From Azolla caroliniana (taxonomy: Eukaryota; Plantae; Polypodiophyta): a stretch of DNA of 64,000 nt. The DNA is taken from the NCBI GenBank assembly GCA_043228905.1, contig JBHGNT010000017.1, positions 14,384,001-14,448,000 of the forward strand, in the 5' to 3' direction. Shown here one piece after another: positions 38,811 to 53,000 of the stretch. Numbering within the stretch: the first letter of the stretch is position 1; each line of letters begins with the position of its first letter. A program made the translations under genes and the position numbers. Below the pieces are notes generated by a model. That model ran no database searches. It was given only the letters and a program-made list of their open reading frames with translations, and was not told where the DNA came from.

Positions 38811-40688
38811 GTGGCATGATGGATGCAATGACTAGCTTGATCATCTTGTTTAAGAAAATGTCTTGTTGATCTGCATCATATCTTTTAACATAAATACACA
38901 ATGTATGAAACTGTTTTGAATATGGTTCTGTGTCTAAAGACAAAATGCACAAAACTTAGACGTACCGTTCCTCAAATGGCTTCGATTTCAGGGAGTTGTA
39001 CGTTTTGCCTTTGATATTGTTACTTTATAGCTAACTTCCAAAGCCCATATTTAATGGTATTGGATCTCCACATGCATCATCCTCCCATATCATACAGAAT
39101 GTGCTGACACATCAAATTATTGCAGGTTCACCCTACCTGAGAACTCTTGAATTCTTCCAGGATAAAAAAGAAAGCCTCATTGCACTCTTCCGCACTTGAT
39201 AGCGATATTATTGGCTGGCTGTTTTGTGCTGTCCAGGAGAACCTATCTGCACTCTTCTGCAGTTCTTGATCGTCCACATCTTGTCAACAACTGTTCTCTG
39301 TGGGTGAACCTGATCCCATAGCTAATGGTAATCGTTACATACTAAGACAACCGTCGCCACACATTTCAATGACTTCATTTTGGTCTAGCTAAATACGAGT
39401 TCATCATGTCAACTACCTAAACTAGATCAGTGGGAGAGTTTCTTAGATACAATACGATCCCAGCGAGAGATCTATGCTGGCATGCAGCCTACTTTGGCAT
39501 TTATATCCCCTGCATTGTTTCTATCCATTTGAAACTTCATCAGCACTTGGAGTGATTAGCACTTTGTTGTCTAGCATTTCGAGAGTTTAGAAAATTTCAG
39601 GTGTATACTCCTTTGAGAGATAGAAGATCTAACTATATTTGAGATAAAGTCCTACTATGAAAACCACTTCTCACCAGTCATCTGAAACTCACAGCATAAT
39701 ATTCCCATCTCTTTAGAAGAGACTTTTTCTTGAGACAAAATTTTCTGACGTGCTTCAAGTTGCAAGAGATAATGCAGCCACCTGAGATTAGTATAGAGAG
39801 CCACCTGAGATCAGTCACCTGGATATGCTGAATTGATTAATGCAGCCAATAGAGATCATCATACACTTTCCTTTATCTCTAGCAAAAAATCTATGGTAAA
39901 CTCCTGTCACGATTAGATAATTCATATAAAGAATTATTACTGTCACCACACCTTTTCTTCTTTGGCATAGAGGTTCACCTCAGCTAGACATTCTGCCTGT
40001 CTGCAATCTCCAAGGCACCCATTGATCCTCTCATTGGTACATTCTCCATCAATACCTTTTGAAGACTGTAAACGTCATTCTGTGATCCAGGCACCTGGTT
40101 AATGTGGTACATATGCCTCTTAAACCTCCTCAATGAGGTGCCCCTCAAAGAGGGCAGACTTGGTATTCATCTTATACACTGGCTAGTTCTGTGATGTGGA
40201 GCCTTCCAAATTGCACCGATTCTTTCTAGCTGTGTTTTTAGAGGAAACTTCCTTCATAGTCTACTCTCATATTTTGATGCGCTATTTGCAGTGCTTTGAT
40301 GTTCTTGAGGGAACTATCTGCTTGAATTTGCCTACTACCTAGCAATCAATTATTCATAATACATCAGTTGTGGTATGTGTTTACATAGGTAAAACAAGGA
40401 CATATATATTAGATTTATAGATGCACATAAGAGCTGTGTGTATAACCTGTTGGTTTATGAGGATGACATAAATATGTGCGTGGTAAAAAAAAATCTAAGA
40501 CTATTGTCAGGCAATGAAAGCATTATACTTGATAAATTGTAGGTTATGATTGGAAACAGAATTACTTTATATATCAATGTCAAGTGTTTCCAATATTTGG
40601 AAAAATATTTTTGATAACTTTGGATGCTACATGTGCAGGTATTGATGCTGGAACACTGCTGCCAATTATTCAGCGTATCCCTCTGTGC

Positions 40689-43600
40689 ATGCACAGAGGA
40701 GATGACAGCATGAATCCAATACACCAAGGCCTTGAAGGTCCTTCCGATGTAACAAAAGATGAGGGTGACAATGAACCATTAATTTCAAAGCTTGAATTCG
40801 ACGAGGAGATCAGTTTGGAGGGAGTTCCAGCTTCATTTTATACAGATGAACCTGATTCAAATGCCAACATCCCAGTGTTGGGAATCTTGTTACATCGCCA
40901 TGGCAAGGTTTTTGATGCTGGGTTGACTACTAATGAACAACCACAATGTCGAATTTGTCTTGACATTGGAGGTATGGTAACTCTCTTCTCCACTAATCAA
41001 GACTGCCACATTCAAAAGTACTTTAGACAGAATTTATGATACTCATGAAATAAACAAGGGTATATTATAGAAGATCTAGTACCCTCTTCTTTGTTGCATA
41101 TGAAAAGTTCTTTAGTTCCACTACTTAATATAGTAGTGATAGAAACTCAGAGCATTATTCATCTGTTATCAACCTTATCTACTTGGGCAGTGATGAAAGC
41201 ACAGAGCAATACGTGAACAGAGCTCTCAAACCATAATGACATTTATGTTTTTACTCTAGGTTGAGAATTTTTACAACGTTTTATTTTTGCTGTCATAGAG
41301 ATCTGAGAAATTGAAATAATATAAAGATAAGAAACATTGAGCACAAACATAGCATTGAAGAATCTCAAAAAAATTAAAATAAAACTCTTCTTAAATTCTC
41401 TGTAACATGTGTGTGCATGCACAAATTATTTGTAGCCCCACTATAGACATCTCTTAAATATAAAGGCTGTTAAATTTAATCATGGAAAACAATTAACTAT
41501 CAAATGGCAGAGCAGCATCAACCCACTGTCAATTCGAAGGATGCAAATACGCAGTGCATTTTGTGAATCATCTTAATGACAATTCATACAATGCGTTAAC
41601 ACTTGCATCCTTTGATTTGATTGGCATATGATGGTTTTACATACAGAACTATTAAGAGCTTCTTTAGATGACAAGATATCTAATATATCCATGGGAGTCC
41701 ATGCTGTTTGTGCCATTGTGTAATTGCGAAAAACATGAGATCCATTTGTTGACCATCAAGGATGGCTAAAATGAATGTTCCAAATATTTAGTCATTGTGC
41801 ATCCTCCATTTATTGGGTTTAGTTTGCAGGTGACGACTTGATTGCACCATGTCAATGTAGAGGCACTCAAAAGTATGTACATAGGACTTGCCTGGACATT
41901 TGGAGAGCTGCAAAGGTACAATATTGTTGTTTGTTACCTGCAGTCCAAATAATTATTATCCAATAATCATCCGTAGTTATGCATATATTTTGCAATAATG
42001 GATCAGATATATATCTATTATGCTGGTCTTCTCTTTTACTTTCTGTATCAGTTTATAATGTCATTTGAATTTTCCGCTCCAGGAAGGCTTTGCATTTGCA
42101 CACTGTTCAGAATGCAGGGCATTGTTCCGTTTGCGGGCTAATGTACCTGCTGACCGGTGGTGGCTTAGACTCAAGTATCAACTGCTGGTCTTTAGAGACC
42201 ATGCAGCAATTTTTATTGTTGTCCAATTAGTAAGAAATTTCCTGTAAATGCTCTATCATCACTTTGATCTTTTATGCATGAAATGATTTCATCCAGTTTC
42301 AACTTTCATGCTTGTGCCTATTATATAACTTTGCATAATTTTTACTTTGGTGCGAATTGGAAAGTAACCTGAACACCCATCACATGACATATATATTTCG
42401 TGGCACATAATTTCATCCAGAATCTCATCTGGTCCATTTTCGTATTCACTTTTTCTGATAATCTTATGTATAACTACTATCAGAGATCGTCCTTTCAAAA
42501 TCTGTCATCGGATATATGAATCCCCACCCCAGAGTAAAGTATCAACCTCCTATGATTTATCTATTGTTGAATCACCTCCACCATTCAGAGTTGTTTTAAT
42601 TCAGTTATTAACAACTTTGAGGAACCATGCATATATAGAATTTTGTTGCCATGCATCTATAGGAACCGTTTTGTACTTACATGCATCTCTTATGGCTAGT
42701 CTATTGGAGAAGATAACATCCTCCAGGGTTCTGATTGAAGTGATATCTCCAAGTCATCTCTTTTGGGAGGTTCCAAATATTTTACTCCTGTGAAATAAAC
42801 TACTCTGTCATATGCTGGGCAATCCCTTGAAACTTGTGGATGATAGAATCTCTTGTAATCCCATTTCCGTTTTTTATAAATACTTTACTCCTTCGGAGTG
42901 AGCGAGACACTTTGACAATTAACAACATAGAAATTGAGAAGGTTTCATGAAATATGTCTTATAAAAGTCAGTCAATTGTTCTTTTTTATGAACCTGTACC
43001 AATAACTTCTTTATTTCCAAGCTACAGATGACAAAAATTTATTGAATTCTTTCAAAGTTTTATTTCTATTCCTTCAGATTCAATTATATTCAAACTCATA
43101 GTTGGTGTTTTATATGTCTGTGTCCATGTTAGTGATGTTCATCCGTTTGTGGAAGAAGCTTTACATTTTGCTGTCTTAAAATTTATTTTATTTATTGTCT
43201 CAGGTCGTGGCATCATTCAGTTTCTTGGTATACTCATTGTATGGAGATGAATTGAAGGAAATGTTTGGATTTGAGGATCATCATCTAGGATTCTATGCAT
43301 TAGCAGGTATATTAGATGCACTACAACATTTTAAATACATTTAGATGCAAACCTTGGGGTATAAAATATGCACTTCTCATATTTCATATCCCAAGGGTTG
43401 TTTGTATGCCTTGAAATACCAATGTGGTGACACGTCCTGCATGATGTGCAACTTAGGACCATCTATGCATTAGCAGGTATATTAGATGCATTTCAACATT
43501 TTAAATACATTTGGATGCAAACCTCGGGGTATAAAATATGCACTTCTCATATTTCATATCCCAAGGTTTGTTTGTACACCTTGAAATACCAATGTGGTGG

Positions 43601-45717
43601 CACGTCCTGCATGATATGCAGCTTAGGACCTTCCAGCCAATTACTCTTGTTGCACAAGATTTCCATATTACAAACCAAATACTAATGATGAGCAATGGAT
43701 ATTTACATTAAGAAAAGAAAGGTTCAAGGGTGCTTAACCACACTGACTAGCCCCAACTGAATTACAATCGATGAATAAAATACCATTGATGGCCCACACC
43801 ACCGAATATTACCTTTGTGATTATACCTTCAATGTTGAGACGAACAGATCTGAGCAAAGAGAGGTTTGCTGTAAAGAAGGGGGTAGCTAGTCCCCTTCAT
43901 ATATCCCAACACCTTAGGCTCTGAAACCACCATATGCTCTCACGTGTCATAGGTCCCTATAGGTTACTCGCAAGTCCTAGGATAACTGGTTTCCCACTTA
44001 TCCTACCCTTAAACTATCTGCTGCAGGCACCGAAGCTGCCATTGGGTTAGCCCTTGCTTTCGTTATTCGGTGAAACAGAAGATTGACTCGTATTGACCAA
44101 TTCAATTTTTTTAAATGGTAATTAATTGATCATTATGGATTTTTTCCCAGATCTGATCAAATCAGTACCTGGTTGAAATGACCATATGAGCAATTTTGAT
44201 ATTATAGGTTTCTTTGTCTTGTCTGAACTTGTAACCTGCATTAGCAGACCCAGTCTCAGCTTTCTCTGATCAAACTAGAAGTTACCAAAATCCATGCATA
44301 ACACTGAATAGAGATCCGCCGAATACACTATAAACACCCTACATGTGAAAAGGATGCATAGAGTGTTGTGCTCAGCCTGGAAAATGATCATGAAGTTGAA
44401 AGTACCAGAAATGCCTAGAGGCATACCATTAAAAGTAAACTTTAGAATTGGTTCCTAAGTTTGTGTCTACAACATGCCACCCTCTATTACAAAGGGGCAA
44501 CATCGTATTACTCAGTTTCTAACTATTCTCTAACTACATCATTAGTAAAGGAATCCTTTTTGTTGAGAAGCTGTCCCTAAATATGTGGTGGATATTCTGA
44601 ATCCACTGGAACTGATAAGAACATGCTGCTAGCTGGTGGCCAGAGCTGATCAATGCCTAAGTTCAATGCCCAAGCTCAATAAGCAGCAGAGGATAAACAA
44701 GCCGGCTGCAATGGTGCTAACATGAATCTCCCTTTTACTTGCCAGATATAGACACACCATGGGTCTTATTCTGTAGAGTGAGATGCCTCCTTGAACACCC
44801 ACCCTCTCTCTCATCACCCTAGCATGCTTGCTGAAAATGTGCTACATTTTCTCTCCAATCGCACGTTAATCAGCCTCTCAACATAATACTATATTGGCAA
44901 ATAACAAGCTATAAGAAAAATCACCGTATTCACTCTAGCAACTAGCAACAACATTGAGGCAACATCTCTCATACAAGGGTAGCTCCTATATGCATGCAGT
45001 GTGTCTTGAAGTCACGAAAATCATAGTACCTCGTTTGAATGTTAGTGAAATAGCATTTCAAAGCTTTTCTTGGTCAATTCTTTTTCAATGTGATCCAAAC
45101 TCCATTTTCTAGTTTTATATTTAACTATAATGTGATTGTTTATATGGATCATGAATTGTGGCATGGATTGATGTTATAGATGGGAAGCATACTGATGGTG
45201 ATATGGTCCATTTATAGGTCATGCATTAGGATGGGACTTCCATGTCCTCACACATGCCTAAATTTTTGATTGTATGCCTAAAACTTGGTGGCAAAATGCA
45301 GATATTGAAGCATGTTTATCAAACTTGATGGAGTACTTACAGAACTCTGGACTGTAGCTAATGTTAATCTCTTTGACTTGCAGTGACTGTTATGTTAATG
45401 GTAGGCCTCTTATATGGATTTTTCATTGCTATATTATGTGGTCAAAAGATCACCAATCGACATTATCATGTGCTTGCAAAACAAGAATTAACAAAGGTAA
45501 ACACTCCTATTCTAGAAGATTACTTTCATCAGAATTTCATGTGGGTATTCCGATTTAATCAAAATATTAATGCATAGACGATCAATTTTTAATACTATTA
45601 TTGATGCCGAAATATTGGGTTCAGGAATACGTGGTTCAGAACATAAATGATGATGAACCCCCTCCTGTCCTTGACTCTGGGCACATTAACGAGCTGAGGA
45701 TGCTTGGACTTTATTGA
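40689..45717 (+). CDS. RING-CH (RINGv/MARCH-type) membrane E3 ubiquitin ligase, ~274 aa; exons 40689-40971, 41830-41915, 42083-42229, 43204-43306, 45384-45496, 45625-45717
   Basis: GT-AG introns with consistent phases give [33 protein letters not shown] (C4HC3), hydrophobic TM segments, [16 protein letters not shown] and C-terminal ELRMLGLY*. The start codon could instead be 40710. Confidence 0.93.
43292..43630 (+). repeat. 170-bp tandem duplication including an exon end and donor site
   Basis: TCTATGCATTAGCAG|GTATATTAGATGCA at 43292 and 43462. Confidence 0.93.
44020..44121 (+). pseudogene. ndhE: Nuclear plastid DNA fragment (NUPT), ndhE 3' end
   Basis: Translates [32 protein letters not shown], matching the recalled NdhE C-terminus AAAEAAIGLAI...RNRKSTRIDQFNLLKW. 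Confidence 0.8.
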
Positions 45718-46652
45718 ATGGTAGAAGAGCTGGTTTGTATATTAAATCTGTTGGGCTTGAAGAACTTTTTTCTGGGTCTCCATTCCCGTCTGTATGATTC
45801 ATCTATTGGAAATAGCTATAGAATGTGTAAAAAAAGACTTTGAGCAAAAGCTAAAGTGGGTATGGTTCTTGTTCAAAACATTTCTTATAAAAGTTCATGT
45901 ATGTATTATCTAACATATTATTTATTTTCAGTCAATGAGGCTGTGCCTAGATTAGGGATTGAACATGGAATGACATTGTACCCCAAACTGTATTCATTGA
46001 AGGAAGGATGACTCGATGGTTCTTGTTTCTTCTGTTTTACAGGCTCTTGAGAAGTTGTGACCTTGTTCCAATAGACCAAAAATGTCTTGTTTGCTGTTCA
46101 AAGATTGCTTTGGTTTAAGATTGCAACATAAGAGCTCAGTTTCATTGTATGTTCATTGAGTTCTTACGATTTTGTCATTTGTTGCTTGTCTACAAAAACC
46201 AAATAGGAAGTTAGAGATTTCTATTAGAATAGTGATGAATGGAATGAGGCTCATAGTATCTCCGGATATGTATATTCAAAAAATTGAAAGGGACCTTAAA
46301 TCACAGATGAGTTTTCAGTTGTCCATGGGTAGTGTGAAAGGAACCGGTGACTATATAAGTAAGACAAGTGAAATGCCTTTCGGTATTTGGTCTTTTTTAA
46401 AGGAGCACCCTTGAGACCTTATTTAGTGTGAGATTAACTTGTAAACATAGATTGACATATTTGCATTCGTGGGGGTTTCCAAATGAATTCATACAAATAC
46501 ACATAAGAATGGATGAAAAATATTCATTAAAAAAAAAAAGAGTTCATACTTTTTAGTTTCTAATATATATATCATATAACAAAAAGACTTTCACATTAAA
46601 CAGGGGATATTTAACTTCACATTAAAAAGGAGACTTAAACTAAATAATATTG

Positions 46653-49600
46653 TTTTTTTTTTTTCCAAAATGAAGCTACTTTCCCATTAGTTAGGAAGGA
46701 TTATTACATAGAGAGTCTACAAGGAGACTTATACACACATTGGGGAGTCTACCTCCGATCAAGTAAAAGAAGATCAGCCTACTTACAATGCCTTGCGGCC
46801 TAACTTAATGTAAGAAGCTACCTATATCTAAGGCGATGGCCTTCAATGTTGCCTAGTACGAGTCGGCTCTTGGGGCCTACAACGAAGAGAGGGTGGTAGG
46901 TGAGTAGGAAACAACCAGCGTGGGGGCTGGTAATTCCACCTCGGGCCACTCTCGCCTTGCATCACCATAGGTGTGTTCCTCCATTTCTGCCAAAAGCGCA
47001 ACCGGGCAGAGATCACGTCGTTGGAGTGGCTGCAAATCTCTTCCAGTTGCCCTCGTAGGCAGTTGATAATCGCGAACCATATGTCCATGATCACTTCCTC
47101 CGGGGGCCGTACCGTACCTTGGAAAACCTTGAGGCAACGCGCTTTCCATATGTACCACAAGGTGAAACCTGCAATCAGCATCTAGATTTGTGGAAACCTA
47201 GGGGATGCGGGCTGCAAGCCTCTTTCGAAACGGATCTTGACGATTTTGCCTCTCGTGCATACATAGCACCAACTATCTGCATTGACGGTGTCCGTCCACC
47301 CTTCGACCGAGTGACCAATCCATGCCGCAGCGCTCCACGAGGCTGTTCCTTCAACTTCACATGCCGCAAGGAGGCGAGTCACTCTATCCCAGATCTTTTG
47401 AGCTTGAGGGCAATCCCACAGACAATGTCTCAGAGTCTCAATAGGTTGAGAGCCCAGTGGACAGCCTAACGGGCCGCCGCGTTTACCTAGCCATTCACCA
47501 ACGGGCACCACATTGTGACCGATCTGCCACCAAAAGAGCTTGATCTTTTCAGGCATGTGGAGGCGCCAGAGACCTTTCTAAAAGGTAATGAGCGCCTCAT
47601 CGGGGATGCCCAATGTTCGCCAGCCATTGCGAAGGGGGCTGCCCAGCTGCAGCTGCAAAGTCCGACCCAATTTAGTGGTGAAATCGAAGAAGTGATGGAG
47701 TCTATCATCATGTTTCCATCTGAAATCCCCTGGGTCCCAATCCAGATCGACAAGGGGGCGACAGCCATATACCCTTAATCTCCAATGGGGTTCCACCTTA
47801 GCAACATCCGGGTCTGTCTTCCAGATGTTGTCAACCTGTGCCACCACTCGGATTGGGTGCCAAGAGCCCCTGCTTTGACTGTCCCCAAAAACTGTATCTC
47901 TCCTCGATTTGCTCACACCCTTTAGCGACTTGACCATTCCAACCTCGTCAAAGAGACCGAACCATGCAGGTTCTCTCGCCTCCCCCATCGGAACCCTAGC
48001 AACTGCCTCAGCTATCAGTCTCCGCATTTTCGTAGCTCCCTTGAGGGGAGGGAAAAGGTCCTCTTGGGCTCTTCTTGAAACAACCATACGTCTCCAATCG
48101 TTTATAGATAGGAGGCATGTTTGTGCCAACTTTCCCCATGCTAGGCCCTTAAGTTGCCCTAGCATTGTGTCGTTACTTGTTCGCACGTGAGGATTCCAAA
48201 ATAGTGGCTGTCTAGTCCATTCGGTCAATGTCTCCGGGGTGTGTTTGACCAAATGTTGTCGTAGATGGCACCATGCCCGCAAGATGGAGTTCGTGACCCT
48301 GTCCTCCGGATGGCAAGCTAGCTTGGGTGGGACTCCGCTCGTGCAGCACCAATTCAAGGAGTCGGGCCAAGGCCTACCATACTTGGGAGTCCCTGCTTGC
48401 AACCTGTTGCGAAGAAGTACCTTCCAGCACCCCTTACCTGGCAGGAGGCAGCGAACCACCATTTTAGCCATCAATGAACGACTTTGCATTGAGGGGTCTA
48501 TGAGGCCAAGCCCCCCTTTGGCCCGCGGTTGCGTTAACCAACACCATGACACTCTGGCAGCAGCCCTTGGGTTGTCCTTACCTGACCATATAAACCCCCT
48601 GATGGCAACCTTAATCGCGTGTAGACCTGCAGGGTCCATAATCCAGCAGGAGACTGAGTGCCACATGGTAGCGAGCAACACTTGGTTCGCAACAAGGACC
48701 CTACCAGCAAAGGATAGTTTAGATCTACTCCATTGGGTCAACTTCCTGTTTATTTTGGCTTGTACGTGGGCCAATTGCGCTCCCTTGGGGATTGACCTCC
48801 CCATAGTAAATCCAAGGTACTTGAACGTCGTCCCATTAGGGACCCACATAAAATCGGCATGGGGTTGCCATCTTGGTTTCTCTTGTTCGTTGAACCATAG
48901 GCCTTGGGTTTTATTCCAATTGATCTTGGCACCAGCTGCCTGACAAAAGTCCTCAACAAGATGTTCAGCCCACTGCAGATTCTCCTCATCACCTTGCAAG
49001 AAAAGAACCGTATCGTCGGCATATTCAGATAACAACAAATCTTCAGTCGCATTGGGGATGGGCAATCCCCGCAGCTCGTTGGTTGGTGCTTGTAAGTAGG
49101 CGGAGAAAGCCTCGGTTACAAAGAGATAGAGATATGGGGCTAGGGGACAACCTTGCCTCACTGAGCATTGTAGTTGGAAGGCGGGTCCCCTAGAACCAGC
49201 CAACAGCACGCTACTCGTAGCTGTCCAGTAGAGTGCAGAAGTGCAATTCCTCCATTTTTGAGGTAGGCCCAAAGCTCGCATCACATTTTCCAAAAAGGGC
49301 CATAACACCCGGTCGTAGGCCTTCTCGAAGTCTAACATCAAAATAGCCGAGCTCGATATGGAGCGGCCGGCCAATGCCATAGCTTCCCAAAGAAGCACCA
49401 CATTATCAAAGATACACCTGTTCTTGACAAATCCAGTTTGATTGTCATGTATGATGTCTGGTAAGAAGCTTGCTAACCGCTGAGCTAGGACTTTAGTGAG
49501 TATCTTGTATGTCGTGTTAAGGATCGTGATTGGACGCCACTAGCGCAACTCTAGGCTTCGCTCTGACGCTTTGGGGATGAGATATATCAGCCCCTCAGCC

Positions 49601-49868
49601 AAACCAATTGGCATCTTTCCTGAGGACCAAATCTCTTGAACTCCAGCTTCCAAAGACGGGATGACACATTCCCAATGAATCTCGAAGAAATCTCGTGAGA
49701 GACCATCGGGGCCGGGGCATGCACCCCTTCGCAATCCCCTAAGCGCCTCCGAGAGTTCTAAACGAGAGATGGGGCTATCGAGCACAACTTCCATCGCCTG
49801 GGTTACCTTGGGGTGAATGCAAGACATCACTCGATCAACCAGCTCCGTGTGTTGCCTCACCTGCATAG
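46653..49868 (-). mobile_element. L1-clade LINE, 3' part of ORF2 with poly(A) tail
   Basis: PGPDG, LDFEKAYD, RQGCPLAP, EYADD, GGLG and zinc motif ETLRHCLWDC. T-tract 46653-46664 is the poly(A). Interrupted at 49869 by Copia A2; contains stops and a frameshift. Confidence 0.93.
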
Positions 49869-50039
49869 TGTCGAATACAAGTGTATAATGGACGTATTCA
49901 CACTATCCCTTCGGGCCATTTGTGTAATTAGCATAAATGGTAGTTGCCCTAAGTCGGTCACTATATATAGTGACCTTGTAACCTTTTTGTAAGGTTGGGT
50001 GTTGTATTATTGCTTTGTGGAATAAAGAGTCTTTTGTGT

Positions 50040-50085
<46 letters not shown>

Positions 50086-53000
50086 AACGACCTACAATCT
50101 GTCATACGCAGGTACAGAAAAGAATCGAATGCTACTTGATCTTCCGCATAGACGACTTTGTCTCCCAACATCTGGTATCAGAGCTTGCACAGTATTCGGT
50201 CCTTCAATCCGCTGTCGGACGTCGTCTCAGCCTGCATAGCATTCGGTTTCTTGCGTCATTCGAAGAAGAGAGAAGAAGAAAAAACGAGGCTCGCATCTCA
50301 TCGCGTTAGATCATCTTCGCTTGGAGTAAGCCAACAGGTTGTACTCTGTTCCTTGTGATCGTAACCGCTCGAGGTGAAATCCCCTTGTGCAACATTGACA
50401 CGATCGTGCTCCACTCGGTTAAACGGCATCCGAAAAGGTCATTAAACGCTGCTCGCCGCTCGTTGTAACCACTCGGTGCAGATCGGTCTCAAGACAACAA
50501 CCCCAATTCGTGCTTCATCCGGCTGATCGACATTCGAGAGGATCAGTTGGATCTGTCTCTCTCGTCGCTGCAGCCACCCGAAGCAGAATCGGTCCAGACA
50601 ATCGGTTTCAATAATCGGTATTCGGCATATATATCCGAAGCGAACCGGGCTCACTCCGACTCGGCAACATTTGGGAAGACCAGTCGGTTCTGTCCCTCAA
50701 GTTACCGGAGTCAATTCGAGCAAGTTCAACAATACATATATCCGAAGCCGAACCGACTCGGGTTCAAATCCGACTAGAACGATATCGGGTGAGCCAACCG
50801 GCTGCACTCCAACAAGGTTCGTAGTCAACTCCGAACCGAGCTCCGTCAACCGAAACCAAATTTGATGGCATCAACATCCGGCTCGTCAGAAATGAGTCTA
50901 CGAAAGTTCGATGGATCGAACTTCAACTTCTGGAAGGAGCAAATGCAGGACTATCTCATAGTCAAGGGGCAAATCGATCCCATCGAAAATGAAGAACCTC
51001 CAGAAGGATACAAACCAATTGAGTGGCAGAAGCTGGACAGAATCGTCCGCGCCACGATTCGGATGCACCTATCGGAATCGGTATACTTTACGGTGCAATC
51101 GTGTACGACAGCATTCGAACTGTGGAAAACACTGTCGGACACTTACGAAAAGAAGGTCGCCGCAACGAAGATGTTTCTGATCCGGCGCCTCTACAACTTG
51201 CGGATGAAAGAATCCGATTCGGTTCAAGCACATCTCAATGAGTACGAAAGCATAAGCTCCCAAATCTCGTCACAGGGGACGGCAATCGAGGATGAACTCA
51301 GAGCAATGATACTCATGAGCAGCCTTCCCTCATCATGGGAAACTTTCGTCACAACCGTGTGCAACGCGTCAACCACGGTTGTTAAATACTCCGAAGTCAC
51401 GAGCGCAATCCTGACCGAAGCAGCTCGGAGAAAGTCTTTCGCCAAAGACTCAACAGACGACGCTTACGTAGTACAAGGTTCGACAGACCGATCGAACATA
51501 CGAGGAAGAGATTCCTCACGGCCGCCGAACAATCAGCGAAGACGGAGCCAGTCACGGGATAACCGAATCTGCAACTATTGCAAGAAACCCGGACACATCA
51601 AAGCCGACTGCCGCGCACTCAAGAACAAGAACAACAAGAAGAGTGGCCGGCATGAGGAGATCAATTACGTCAGCTTCTCAGCTGATGTGCTACCAGACGA
51701 CCCGAATATACTATCAATCGAAAATCCAGTCGAATCAGAAGTCCTACTCACGACTGAAGAGTCGAGCACATGGCTCTTAGATTCGGGCGCGTCATTTCAC
51801 GTGACTCCTCATCGATCCCAATTTCGGCAATATACGATCCGTCACTCCGACTCAGTTCGAGTCGGCAACTCACAACACTGTGACATCATCGGAATCGGCA
51901 CAGTAGAGCTCAACCTTGCAGGTGGCTCTACACTTGTACTCCACAATGTCCGACATGTACCCGAGCTCTCAAGGCCATTGATCTCAGTCGGACAACTAGA
52001 TGAAGACGGCATTCGTGCCGGTTTTTCTTCGGGAGGGTGGACACTCCACAGGGGGAACCTCCTGCTTGCTAGAGGACCCAAGATACACTCACTGTATCCG
52101 TTACATGTTACGCTCAGAGAGGGTAACCTGTTTTTGGTGGATATTCCTGTGTCATCACTATGGCACCGAAGATTAGGACACCTCAACAAGGCCGGCATTA
52201 CGCATCTATCTAGAGCCGGATACATCCCCAAACTCTCCTTCTCCGACCATCAATTCTGCGAGCATTGCCAGTATGGCAAACAAGCAGCCGCATCACACCC
52301 GACATCAGCACCAAGAGAAACGAGACCTCTCGATTTAGTCCATTCGGACGTCTGTGGCCCAATGCCGCATCAGTCTCTAGGCGGTGCCTCTTACTTCGTC
52401 AGTTTTATTGACGATTCGACTCGAAAGGTGTGGGATTATCCAATTCGCACCAAAGATCGTGTCTTCTCGATCTTCACCGACTGGCTCGCTATGGTAGAAA
52501 ATCAAACCGACCGAAAGCTGAAATGCTTTCGGACAGACAATGGGGGAGAGTTCAAATCCGAAGAATTCGTCAAATTCTGCCGACAACGTGGCATCCGACG
52601 TGAATTTACGGCACCACACAGCCCGGAGCAAAACGGGATTGCCGAACGCATGAATCGGACAATCCAAGAACGGATAGTTTCCATGCTCCAACACTCCGGA
52701 CTATCGGATGGCTTCTGGGCAGAGGCTCTACTCACGGCAGTACACATAATCAATATGTCGCCAAGTAGACCTCTAGGACTTCAAATTCCTCAGGAACTAT
52801 GGATTGGCAGTAAGCCGAATTACGACAAGCTGAGGATCTTCGGATGCGAGGCGTACGCCCTTATTCCGAAAGATGATCGCCGAAAACTTGCACCTCGGTC
52901 CAGGAAATGCATTTTCCTTGGATATGGATCCGACGGCGAAATGGGATACCGACTCTGGGATCCCGAACGCAGACAAATCGTCCGAAGTTCGGACGTTGTG

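Noticed and set aside
39000-40330. Possible very old LINE remnants in introns (also ~44250-45030)
   Set aside because: Composition is suggestive but I could not read a convincing RT motif.
40584-40688. ORF-track N-terminal extension of the RING-CH protein
   Set aside because: It starts at a non-ATG codon in intron sequence upstream of the acceptor at 40638.
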